DNA of 64,000 nucleotides from Giardia intestinalis (Eukaryota): NCBI GenBank assembly GCA_000002435.2, contig CM018792.1; one strand, 5' to 3'. Shown piece by piece: positions 52,254 to 62,478 of this stretch (position 1 is its first letter; each line of letters starts with the position of its first letter). The notes under the pieces were generated by a model. It saw only the letters and a program-made list of their open reading frames with translations, ran no database searches and was not told where the DNA came from. The position numbers and the translations under genes were made by a program.

Positions 52254-52943
52254 TTAGTGACATATACGAAATGTAGTGTAAATACCAACAGTCTCCGACG
52301 GCCTAGAGATGCGCACAACATCATTGGGTAGCAAACCGAGGTAGCGGGCCATCGGGTCGGACGATTCTATGATGGGAATCTGTCCTTCTGTGCATCGATA
52401 CTCTTTGAGGACAACGCTCTTCTCCATTTCCGACAAAAGAACATGCTTGGGGACAAGCACGTGCTTTGTGATATTGATCAGGAGGCGTGTGACGAGAAAG
52501 TGCTCTATTACGATGCCGTTAGCGCGTTGTGCTTCGTCGATTCTTGCTTGAATTGTCTTATTCGGTGAGTCAAGCTTCTTACCTTCTCTCCCATAGATAA
52601 CATATATTACACGGTCCAATGGTCGTGTCTCCCTGTTCTGCGTTTCAACCTTCAATTTATCAATGAGATCTTTATCGATAACAGGCACGGGGCGAACCTT
52701 GATTGTTTCCTGATTTAGGCTGTTTGCGCTGCTCTTCCGCAACTTATGGGTTCCCAGGATCTTCCAAGAAAAGGGGGCCGTGTGGAACTCCCCGTCAAAA
52801 TCCTGAAACGTCTGATTGAGGAGCATCTCGGCAGACCACGGGGACATATCGTCCGACTGCACCATGTAGCCCCGATCTATGAGCATCTCTATAACAGTAC
52901 GGCGCACCTTAAAACTCTCTGCCGTTCCGTAGACCCTGGCCAT
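52254..52943 (-). CDS. RPB5: RNA polymerase I/II/III common subunit RPB5 (RPABC1). The track start at 52952 is TTG; the ATG is at 52943.
   Basis: N-terminal ESFKVRRTVIEMLIDRGYMV (Rpb5 jaw domain). C-terminal HVLVPKHVLLSEMEKSVVLKEYRCTEGQIPIIESSDPMARYLGLLPNDVVRISRPSETVGIYTTFRIC (Rpb5 assembly domain). Confidence 0.85.
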   Translation of the reverse strand: MARVYGTAESFKVRRTVIEMLIDRGYMVQSDDMSPWSAEMLLNQTFQDFDGEFHTAPFSWKILGTHKLRKSSANSLNQETIKVRPVPVIDKDLIDKLKVETQNRETRPLDRVIYVIYGREGKKLDSPNKTIQARIDEAQRANGIVIEHFLVTRLLINITKHVLVPKHVLLSEMEKSVVLKEYRCTEGQIPIIESSDPMARYLGLLPNDVVRISRPSETVGIYTTFRICH

Positions 52944-53429
52944 CTTCCTCAAAGTAAAAAAGTTCGGGTGATCCTATGGATACAGTCTAACAAGCTTCCA
53001 TTTAAGTATGCGACAAATGACTGGCCACTACACTTAATGGTCTGGTTCGGTGATGGAATGGGTGGTGCTTACCTCGAGTTAGGACACCCTACTCAAACTG
53101 ACCTCTGAAGTAACAGTCTTTGGGGTGAAGGACGATTCAGTATCCAGCTGCCTATAAGAATGTGTAAAAGTACAAAGCTTGTATTGATACCGGCAGATGC
53201 GTTTACTGCCAAGCGTACGTCTAGGTTCATCCCTTCCCACAGCCAGCGCTAGGCTTCCTCAGTCGTGCTTGCTGAGGGCGGATGCTGCATCAACGGATCT
53301 CCGGTGCGGCTCGAGGATGCGATCTCGCTTCCGTTGTCGCTGTGCTCCATTGAATTCCGTGACATGAAGCAGGATCCCGTGCGCCTCTTAATGCAAACCA
53401 GAGCGGTGCTGTGTCAGCTTCTGGCCTCA

Positions 53430-55025
53430 ATGTTGGTAGGAATTGGTTTGATTTTTGCAGTCGCACTGACTGAGGTATGCAGTCCATCGATCGATGGATG
53501 CGCTGAATGCGATTCAACTGGACAAGGATGCACCAAATGCGACGCAAACGGCAACACGCCCTACCTGAAGAAGACGAATCCCAGCGACCCGACGGGGACG
53601 TGCGTCAGCGCGGTCGACTGCCAGGGGAGCGCGGGCTACTACACCGACGACAGCGTTTCCGACGCAAAGGAGTGCAAGAAGTGTGCAGAAGGCCAAAAGC
53701 CTAATACTGCAGGTACGCAGTGCTTCTCTTGCTCAGATGCTAACTGTGAACGATGCGATCAGAATGATGTCTGCGCTAGATGCAGTACCGGCGCACCACC
53801 AGAGAACGGGAAATGCCCCGCCGCCACGCCGGGGTGCCACTCCAGCTGCGACGGATGCACCGAGAACGCCATGACGAACCAGGCCGACAAGTGCACTGGC
53901 TGTAAAGAGGGACGGTATCTAAAGCCAGAGTCTGCAGCTGGGCAATCGGGAACGTGCCTTACTGCTGAAGAGTGCACCTCCGATACGACGCACTTCACCA
54001 AAGAGAAGGCCGGTGACTCGAAGGGGATGTGCCTCCCATGCAGCGACGCAACACACGGCATCGCGGGCTGTAAAAAGTGTGCCCTCAAAACGCTCTCTGG
54101 AGAAGCAGAATCGACGGTTGTGTGCTCCGAGTGTACAGACAAGTGGCTTACTCCTTCGGGCAATGCATGCTTGGACAACTGTCCTGCTGGAACATATCCT
54201 AACGATAACAATCTTTGTACCTCTTGTCATGATACGTGTGAAGAGTGCAATGGCAATGCGGACGCTGCTTCCTGCACGGCCTGCTATCCCGGGTATTCTC
54301 TCCTATACGGATCTGGCACAGCCGGAACATGCGTCAAGGAGTGCACTGGTGCGTTCGGCGCCAACTGTGCAGACGGGCAGTGCACGGCTGACGTGGGGGG
54401 CGCGAAGTACTGTGCCCAGTGCAAGGACGGGTACGCCCCGATCGACGGAATCTGTACAGCGGTGGCAGCTGCCGGACGAACGAACGTATGCACGGCGGCA
54501 GATGGCAAGTGCACCAAATGTGCAGGAGAGTATACTCTCATGTCGGGCGGGTGCTATGGTGTGGCGAAGCTTCCTGGCAAATCGGTTTGCACGCTCGCTA
54601 GTAACGGAAAGTGCATTATGTGTGCTGCAAATGGCCAGGCACCTGTGCAAGAGAAGTGTCCGGAGTGCTCTGAAGGCTGTGCAAAATGCAATGATTCTAA
54701 TGCCTGCACTGAATGCCTTCCTGGATACTACAAAGGTGCCGGTGATAAATGCTTCAAATGTACAGCTAGTAGTGGAAATAACAACCAAATCACTGGTGTC
54801 GCTAATTGCGTAAGCTGCGCCCCGCCAGCTGGTGGTAGTGGCTCTGTTACTTGCTATGTCAAAACAGATGGCACTAGTGGTGGTGATGATAACACCGGCG
54901 GAAGCGTCAACAAGAGCGGCCTCAGCACTGGCGCCATCGCTGGCATCGCCGTGGCTGTGGTCGTCGTCGTGGGGGGCCTCGTAGGGTTCCTCTGCTGGTG
55001 GTTCATCTGTAGAGGGAAGGCGTGA
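53430..55025 (+). CDS. VSP: Variant-specific surface protein (VSP), intact. The signal peptide MLVGIGLIFAVALTEV comes from the ATG at 53430; alternative in-frame ATGs lie at 53364 and 53391.
   Basis: About 12% Cys with many CxxC motifs, a GGCY motif (LMSGGCYGV), and a single C-terminal TM ending in [16 protein letters not shown]. The TGA is followed by ACTTAGGTAGTGAAT. Confidence 0.9.
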   Translation: MLVGIGLIFAVALTEVCSPSIDGCAECDSTGQGCTKCDANGNTPYLKKTNPSDPTGTCVSAVDCQGSAGYYTDDSVSDAKECKKCAEGQKPNTAGTQCFSCSDANCERCDQNDVCARCSTGAPPENGKCPAATPGCHSSCDGCTENAMTNQADKCTGCKEGRYLKPESAAGQSGTCLTAEECTSDTTHFTKEKAGDSKGMCLPCSDATHGIAGCKKCALKTLSGEAESTVVCSECTDKWLTPSGNACLDNCPAGTYPNDNNLCTSCHDTCEECNGNADAASCTACYPGYSLLYGSGTAGTCVKECTGAFGANCADGQCTADVGGAKYCAQCKDGYAPIDGICTAVAAAGRTNVCTAADGKCTKCAGEYTLMSGGCYGVAKLPGKSVCTLASNGKCIMCAANGQAPVQEKCPECSEGCAKCNDSNACTECLPGYYKGAGDKCFKCTASSGNNNQITGVANCVSCAPPAGGSGSVTCYVKTDGTSGGDDNTGGSVNKSGLSTGAIAGIAVAVVVVVGGLVGFLCWWFICRGKA

Positions 55026-55039
55026 CTTAGGTAGTGAAT
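55025..55039 (+). terminator. VSP-type extended polyadenylation signal ACTTAGGTAGTGAAT, overlapping the TGA
   Basis: Matches the Giardia vsp 3' consensus ACTYAGRT-AGTRAAY. Identical copies lie at 56881-56895, 58715-58729, 60548-60562 and 62379-62393, each directly after a CRGKA-TGA. Confidence 0.8.
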
Positions 55040-55108
55040 GCTGTACAGTGATAGTGATAGTGCTATGTGTGGTGTGGGGGTGATAGTGATGGTGTGGGAC
55101 TCCTCTTC
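55040..55108 (+). repeat. GTGATAG-family short tandem repeat spacer following the intact VSP
   Basis: cagtgatagtgatagtgctatgtgtggtgtgggggtgatagtgatggtgtggg. Confidence 0.7.
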
Positions 55109-56881
55109 ATGGGCGGGTGCTACAAGGTAGGACAAGATCCTGGCAACGAGATATGCACAACAGCCAAGGATGGACTGTGCACTGCTTGTAATACAGATAA
55201 CAAGTACATATTCCAGAATGGGGCAGAGAAGGTGACCCCTGGTAATGAGTGCATACTCTGTCATGATATCAAGGGAGCAGATGGATATACGGGGGTGGCT
55301 AACTGCGCCACATGTACAGCGCCAGCTAGTAGTACAGGACCTGTCACATGTACTGCCTGTCAAGATGGGTACTATAAAGATAACGATGCATGTACCAAAT
55401 GTCATGCCGACTGCGAGACATGCAATGGAGCCGGTCAAAATGCATGCACCCTCTGTGCGAGCGGGAAATATCTCGATGGGAACAATTGTGTAGAGGCTAA
55501 TCAATGCACTGGAAGTAAGTACCCCGACCCAAGCACCGGCAAGTGCACAGCCTGTAACGGTGCAGCAGAGCAGGGGGGCATACCAGAGTGCACTGCTTGC
55601 ACGTACGACGCAAAGCTACAGAAGCCGGTGTGCAGCACCTGTGGGGGAGCCAAAAAGGTAAAGACAGAGCTAGATGGAACAACAACCTGTGTCGATGATG
55701 CTGGGTGCAAAGACGGCAATACACACTTTGTTGACGATAGTAACACCAAGTGCATATTATGTAGCGATGATAAAGATGGAACCGACAGTAACAAGGGGAC
55801 TCCTAATTGCAAGACCTGTACCAAGACAGCATCCAATAAACCGGTCTGCTCGGAGTGCCTCGACGGATATTTTGGTTCCTCTTCATGCACAGCCTGTGGT
55901 GCCAACTGTGCCACCTGCACTCAAGCTGGCAATGATAAGTGCACTAAATGTAAAGCAGGGTTCTTCATGAAAGGCAGTGGTCCTGGCACATGCGTCCCCT
56001 GTGATGACCAAACAGATGGCATCGATGGGTGTGCCGAGTGCACTTTCTCTAACTCGTTGACTTGTGACTCCTGTAAGGTGAACTACAAGCAGAGTGGTGC
56101 CAGTACTGGCTCTGTCACATGTACCAAGACTTGTGAAGACGAGACTGCCTGCGGGGGTACCTCTGGCGCCTGCGATGCTATAGTAATCGACAATGATGGA
56201 GTAGAGCATCATTACTGTTCTTATTGTGGAAATCAAGGAGATGTACCAATCAATGGTATATGCACCAGCTCACTTGCAAGTAATACCTGCGCCGATGGTG
56301 TCTGCAAGTCTTGTGCTCAAGGGTACTTTATGTATATGGGAGGGTGCTATGATGTGTCGAAGGCTCCTGGTAGTCACATGTGCAAGAAAGCAGATAACAA
56401 TGGGATATGCACAGAGGCGGCAAGTAATAGGTACTTCGTAGTCCCTGGGGCACAGACCACTGATCAGTCTGTACTAGCTTGTGGTAATCCCCTTGGCACA
56501 CTAGTAGATCCTCAAGGTACCGCTAAGGCATATGTGGGGGTAGATGGCTGCTCCCAGTGCACAGCCCCGACAGCTCTAACAACAGCTGGTATGACCCCCG
56601 CTGTCTGTACCTCCTGTGACAGTGATAGGAAGCCCAACAGGGACGGCAGTGGGTGTGTCCTGTGCTCTGTGGGTGGTTGTAAGAGCTGTGTGGTGGATGA
56701 TGTGTGTGGGGAGTGTGTTGATGGATACAATCTAGAGGGTGATAAGTGTGTGTCCTCTGGCGCCAACAGGAGCGGCCTCTCCACGGGGGCCATCGCGGGG
56801 ATCTCCGTTGCTGTGATTGTTGTTATCGGGGGCCTCGTGGGCTTCCTCTGCTGGTGGTTCGTGTGTAGGGGGAAGGCGTGA
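55061..56881 (+). pseudogene. VSP cassette A: VSP ectodomain plus TM/CRGKA, without a signal peptide. It opens right after an in-frame TAG; the first codon used by the track is GTG, and the first ATG (55109) falls inside the GGCY motif.
   Basis: ...FMGGCYKVGQDPGNEICTTAKDGLCTACN... runs through to [19 protein letters not shown] followed by the VSP poly(A) signal. It has no N-terminal hydrophobic leader. Confidence 0.7.
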
Positions 56882-56895
56882 CTTAGGTAGTGAAT
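56881..56895 (+). terminator. VSP-type extended poly(A) signal (cassette A)
   Basis: ACTTAGGTAGTGAAT directly after the TGA. Confidence 0.75.
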
Positions 56896-56942
56896 GCTGT
56901 ACAATGTGTGATAGAAGGTGATAGTGGGTGATAGTGTGATAA
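56896..56942 (+). repeat. GGTGATARTGG-type VNTR spacer, about 4-5 units, between cassettes A and B1
   Basis: aatgtgtgatagaaggtgatagtgggtgatagtgtgataatgg. An identical spacer recurs at 58730-58776 and 60563-60609. Confidence 0.75.
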
Positions 56943-58715
56943 TGGAGTGTGATATGTACAGCAGCCAGTGATGGAGTGTGCACTGCTTGTAACACAGCTA
57001 ACCAGTACATATTCCAGAACAAGGCTACGACAGTGACCCCTGGTGGGGAGTGCATACTGTGCCATGATGCCACGGGAGCGAATGAGAACAAGGGAGTGGC
57101 TAATTGCCTCAAGTGCACGGCACCAGCTAATAGTCCAGGGGCTGCCACGTGTACTGAGTGCATGTCTGGCTTCTCAGGAGACTCGTGTGCTACTCAATGC
57201 GGAGGAGACTGTGCCGCCTGTGATAAGAGTAACCAAAATCAGTGCACCTCTTGTAAGACTGGGAAGTACCTGAAAGAGAATCAATGTGTGGAAAAAAGTG
57301 CATGTAACAACAATCACTACCCCGATGACACTAGCATGACCTGCGTCGCCTGTAGCACCATACAAGATTGCACAGCATGCACAATGGACCAGTCCACGGG
57401 GAAGCCAAAGTGCACTAACTGCGGTGCCAGTAAGATCCCCAGGACGACTCTCGACGGAACCTCGACCTGCGTGACAAAAGGGTATACAGAATGCCAAGGA
57501 GCAGACAAGGAGCTGTTCATGAAGGAGGACCAATCGGCGTGCTTATTATGCGGAGACAATACTGAGGATACATCTGAGTCCAATAAAAACCAGGGAACTC
57601 CTAATTGCAAGACCTGTACCAAGACAGCATCCACTAAACCGGTCTGTGAGACGTGCAAGGATGGCTTCTTCTTTAATACTGGTGATAAGACATGTACAAA
57701 CAAGTGCGATGCCACCTGCAAGACGTGCTCTGCTGCTACAGATGCTAACCGATGCTTAACTTGTATGCCCGGATACTTCCCCATCGATAGTACAGATCAA
57801 CAAGGGAAGAAGTGCGTCCCATGCGATAGTGTGGACGACAAGGGTCGCGAAGGGTGCAGTGTCTGCTCTAACAATGGTGGATTCAAGTGTACTGAATGTA
57901 AGGTGAACTATAAGAAGCAGTCCAATGGAGATGCAGGGGATGACTATACATGTGTGAAGACCTGCGAGGATGAGACTGCCTGCGGGGGTACTTCTGGGGC
58001 TTGCGATGCAATAGTGATTGATGCTAATGGAAAGGAGCTTCACTATTGTTCTTATTGTGGAGAAGCTAATACGTATCCTATAGATGGGAAGTGTAATAGT
58101 GCTAAAGCAAATAATCAATGTGATCAAGGTGTATGTACACAATGCACTAACAACTACTTCTTGTACATGGGTGGGTGTTATAAGTATGATACAGTACCAG
58201 GTAGCCTCATGTGCACTGAAGCAACAACAGCTGGTGTCTGTACTACTCCCAATGCCAACAATAGGTACTTCCTGGTCCCAGGGGCATCCAACACTGATCA
58301 GTCTGTACTAGCTTGTGGTAACCCCCTGGGCACACTAGTAGGCACTGGTAATACTGCTAAGGCATATGTGGGGGTGGATGGCTGCTCCCAGTGTACAGCC
58401 CCGACAGCTCTAACAACAGTTGGTATGACCCCCGCTGTCTGTACCTCCTGTGACAATAGTAAGAAGCCCAACAGGGATGGCAGTGGGTGTGTAGTATGCT
58501 CTGACACCAACTGCAAGAGCTGTGTGATGGACGGTGTGTGTGGGGAGTGTGTTGATGGATACAATCTAGAGGGTGATAAGTGTGTGTCCTCTGGCGCCAA
58601 CAGGAGCGGGCTCTCCACGGGGGCCATCGCGGGGATCTCCGTTGCTGTGATTGTTGTTATCGGGGGCCTCGTGGGCTTCCTCTGCTGGTGGTTCGTGTGC
58701 AGGGGGAAGGCGTGA
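56943..58715 (+). pseudogene. VSP cassette B1: start-less VSP (ectodomain, TM and CRGKA). The frame opens as TAA-TGG-AGT-GTG with no ATG or signal peptide.
   Basis: WSV-ICTAASDGVCTACNTANQYIFQN... through to CRGKA-TGA-ACTTAGGTAGTGAAT. Reading the spacer, I find no upstream ATG that could supply a leader. Confidence 0.7.
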
Positions 58716-58729
58716 CTTAGGTAGTGAAT

Positions 58730-58776
58730 GCTGTACAATGTGTGATAGAAGGTGATAGTGGGTGATAGTGTGATAA
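58730..58776 (+). repeat. Same VNTR spacer, between B1 and B2
   Basis: Identical to 56896-56942. Confidence 0.75.
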
Positions 58777-60548
58777 TGGAGTGTGATATGTACAGCAGCC
58801 AGTGATGGAGTGTGCACTGCTTGTAACACAGCTAACCAGTACATATTCCAGAACAAGGCTACGACAGTGACCCCTGGTGGGGAGTGCATACTGTGCCATG
58901 ATGCCACGGGAGCGAATGAGAACAAGGGAGTGGCTAATTGCCTCAAGTGCACGGCACCAGCTAATAGTCCAGGGGCTGCCACGTGTACTGAGTGCATGTC
59001 TGGCTTCTCAGGAGACTCGTGTGCTACTCAATGCGGAGGAGACTGTGCCGCCTGTGATAAGAGTAACCAAAATCAGTGCACCTCTTGTAAGACTGGGAAG
59101 TACCTGAAAGAGAATCAATGTGTGGAAAAAAGTGCATGTAACAACAATCACTACCCCGATGACACTAGCATGACCTGCGTCGCCTGTAGCACCATACAAG
59201 ATTGCACAGCATGCACAATGGACCAGTCCACGGGGAAGCCAAAGTGCACTAACTGCGGTGCCAGTAAGATCCCCAGGACGACTCTCGACGGAACCTCGAC
59301 CTGCGTGACAAAAGGGTATACAGAATGCCAAGGAGCAGACAAGGAGCTGTTCATGAAGGAGGACCAATCGGCGTGCTTATTATGCGGAGACAATACTGAG
59401 GATACATCTGAGTCCAATAAAAACCAGGGAACTCCTAATTGCAAGACCTGTACCAAGACAGCATCCACTAAACCGGTCTGTGAGACGTGCAAGGATGGCT
59501 TCTTCTTTAATACTGGTGATAAGACATGTACAAACAAGTGCGATGCCACCTGCAAGACGTGCTCTGCTGCTACAGATGCTAACCGATGCTTAACTTGTAT
59601 GCCCGGATACTTCCCCATCGATAGTACAGATCAACAAGGGAAGAAGTGCGTCCCATGCGATAGTGTGGACGACAAGGGTCGCGAAGGGTGCAGTGTCTGC
59701 TCTAACACTGGTGGATTCAAGTGTACTGAATGTAAGGTGAACTATAAGAAGCAGTCCAATGGAGATGCAGGGGATGACTATACATGTGTGAAGACCTGCG
59801 AGGATGAGACTGCCTGCGGGGGTACTTCTGGGGCTTGCGATGCAATAGTGATTGATGCTAATGGAAAGGAGCTTCACTATTGTTCTTATTGTGGAGAAGC
59901 TAATACGTATCCTATAGATGGGAAGTGTAATAGTGCTAAAGCAAATAATCAATGTGATCAAGGTGTATGTACACAATGCACTAACAACTACTTCTTGTAC
60001 ATGGGTGGGTGTTATAAGTATGATACAGTACCAGGTAGCCTCATGTGCACTGAAGCAACAACAGCTGGTGTCTGTACTACTCCCAATGCCAACAATAGGT
60101 ACTTCCTGGTCCCAGGGGCATCCAACACTGATCAGTCTGTACTAGCTTGTGGTAACCCCCTGGGCACACTAGTAGGCACTGGTAATACTGCTAAGGCATA
60201 TGTGGGGGTGGATGGCTGCTCCCAGTGTACAGCCCCGACAGCTCTAACAACAGTTGGTATGACCCCCGCTGTCTGTACCTCCTGTGACAATAGTAAGAAG
60301 CCCAACAGGGATGGCAGTGGGTGTGTAGTATGCTCTGACACCAACTGCAAGAGCTGTGTGATGGACGGTGTGTGTGGGGAGTGCACAGTGGCTTCAGTTT
60401 AGACAATGGTAAGTGTGTGTCCTCTGGCGCCAACAGGAGCGGGCTCTCCACGGGGGCCATCGCGGGGATCTCCGTCGCTGTGGTCGCTGTCGTGGGGGGC
60501 CTCGTGGGCTTCCTCTGCTGGTGGTTCGTGTGTAGGGGGAAGGCGTGA
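58777..60548 (+). pseudogene. VSP cassette B2: identical to B1 for about 1.6 kb, then frameshifted at about 60385. The TM/CRGKA tail survives only in the -1 frame.
   Basis: The in-frame ORF ends ...[12 protein letters not shown] at 60402. The shifted frame reads [56 protein letters not shown] (60546-60548), a tail variant closer to that of the intact VSP. Confidence 0.7.
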
Positions 60549-60562
60549 CTTAGGTAGTGAAT

Positions 60563-60609
60563 GCTGTACAATGTGTGATAGAAGGTGATAGTGGGTGATA
60601 GTGTGATAA
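60563..60609 (+). repeat. Same VNTR spacer, between B2 and B3
   Basis: Identical to 56896-56942. Confidence 0.75.
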
Positions 60610-62379
60610 TGGAGTGTGATATGTACAGCAGCCAGTGATGGAGTGTGCACTGCTTGTAACACAGCTAACCAGTACATATTCCAGAACAAGGCTACGACAG
60701 TGACCCCTGGTGGGGAGTGCATACTGTGCCATGATGCCACGGGAGCGAATGAGAACAAGGGAGTGGCTAATTGCCTCAAGTGCACGGCACCAGCTAATAG
60801 TCCAGGGGCTGCCACGTGTACTGAGTGCATGTCTGGCTTCTCAGGAGACTCGTGTGCTACTCAATGCGGAGGAGACTGTGCCGCCTGTGATAAGAGTAAC
60901 CAAAATCAGTGCACCTCTTGTAAGACTGGGAAGTACCTGAAAGAGAATCAATGTGTGGAAAAAAGTGCATGTAACAACAATCACTACCCCGATGACACTA
61001 GCATGACCTGCGTCGCCTGTAGCACCATACAAGATTGCACAGCATGCACAATGGACCAGTCCACGGGGAAGCCAAAGTGCACTAACTGCGGTGCCAGTAA
61101 GATCCCCAGGACGACTCTCGACGGAACCTCGACCTGCGTGACAAAAGGGTATACAGAATGCCAAGGAGCAGACAAGGAGCTGTTCATGAAGGAGGACCAA
61201 TCGGCGTGCTTATTATGCGGAGACAATACTGAGGATACATCTGAGTCCAATAAAAACCAGGGAACTCCTAATTGCAAGACCTGTACCAAGACAGCATCCA
61301 CTAAACCGGTCTGTGAGACGTGCAAGGATGGCTTCTTCTTTAATACTGGTGATAAGACATGTACAAACAAGTGCGATGCCACCTGCAAGACGTGCTCTGC
61401 TGCTACAGATGCTAACCGATGCTTAACTTGTATGCCCGGATACTTCCCCATCGATAGTACAGATCAACAAGGGAAGAAGTGCGTCCCATGCGATAGTGTG
61501 GACGACAAGGGTCGCGAAGGGTGCAGTGTCTGCTCTAACAATGGTGGATTCAAGTGTACTGAATGTAAGGTGAACTATAAGAAGCAGTCCAATGGAGATG
61601 CAGGGGATGACTATACATGTGTGAAGACTTGTGAAGACCCCACGGCTTGTGGTGGGACCTCTGGCGCCTGCGATGCTATAGTAATCGACAATGATGGAGT
61701 AGAGCATCATTACTGTTCTTATTGTGGAAATCAAGGAGATGTACCAATCAATGGTATATGCACCAGCTCACTTGCAAGTAATACCTGCGCCGATGGTGTC
61801 TGCAAGTCTTGTGCTCAAGGGTACTTTATGTATATGGGAGGGTGCTATGATGTGTCGAAGGCTCCTGGTAGTCACATGTGCAAGAAAGCAGATAACAATG
61901 GGATATGCACAGAGGCGGCAAGTAATAGGTACTTCGTAGTCCCTGGGGCACAGACCACTGATCAGTCTGTACTAGCTTGTGGTAATCCCCTTGGCACACT
62001 AGTAGATCCTCAAGGTACCGCTAAGGCATATGTGGGAATAGATGGCTGCTCCCAGTGCACAGCCCCGACAGCTCTAACAACAGCTGGTATGACCCCCGCT
62101 GTCTGTACCTCCTGTGACAGTGATAGGAAGCCCAACAGGGACGGCAGTGGGTGTGTCCTGTGCTCTGTGGGTGGTTGTAAGAGCTGTGTGGTGGATGATG
62201 TGTGTGGGGAGTGTGTTGATGGATACAATCTAGAGGGTGATAAGTGTGTGTCCTCTGGCGCCAACAGGAGCGGCCTCTCCACGGGGGCCATCGCGGGGAT
62301 CTCCGTTGCTGTGATTGTTGTTATCGGGGGCCTCGTGGGCTTCCTCTGCTGGTGGTTCGTGTGCAGGGGGAAGGCGTGA
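60610..62379 (+). pseudogene. VSP cassette B3: a chimera. It is identical to B1 up to about 61626, and from about 61651 to its end (62379) it is near-identical to the C-terminal part of cassette A (56125 onward; single-residue differences such as GVDGC/GIDGC).
   Basis: The switch lies inside the block TCED(E/P)TACGGTSGACDAIVI that all cassettes share. After it the sequence matches cassette A (DNDGVEHHYCSYCGNQGDVPINGICTSS...). Same TAA-TGG-AGT-GTG opening and CRGKA-TGA end. Confidence 0.7.
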
Positions 62380-62393
62380 CTTAGGTAGTGAAT
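62379..62393 (+). terminator. VSP-type extended poly(A) signal (cassette B3)
   Basis: ACTTAGGTAGTGAAT directly after the TGA. Confidence 0.75.
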
Positions 62394-62478
62394 GCTGTAC
62401 AATGTGTGATAATGGGTGATAATGGGTGATAGAAGGTGATAGTGGGTGATAGTATGATAGTGGGTGATAGTGTGATAA
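62394..62478 (+). repeat. Expanded version of the VNTR spacer, about 8 units, between B3 and C
   Basis: gtgataatgggtgataatgggtgatagaaggtgatagtgggtgatagtatgatagtgggtgatagtgtgataatgg. On the minus strand it reads as HYHTITHYHTITHYH. Confidence 0.75.

Noticed and set aside
60406-60588. 60-aa [18 protein letters not shown]...
   Set aside because: It is simply the B2 reading frame continuing past its premature TAG. The genuine VSP tail here is in the other frame.
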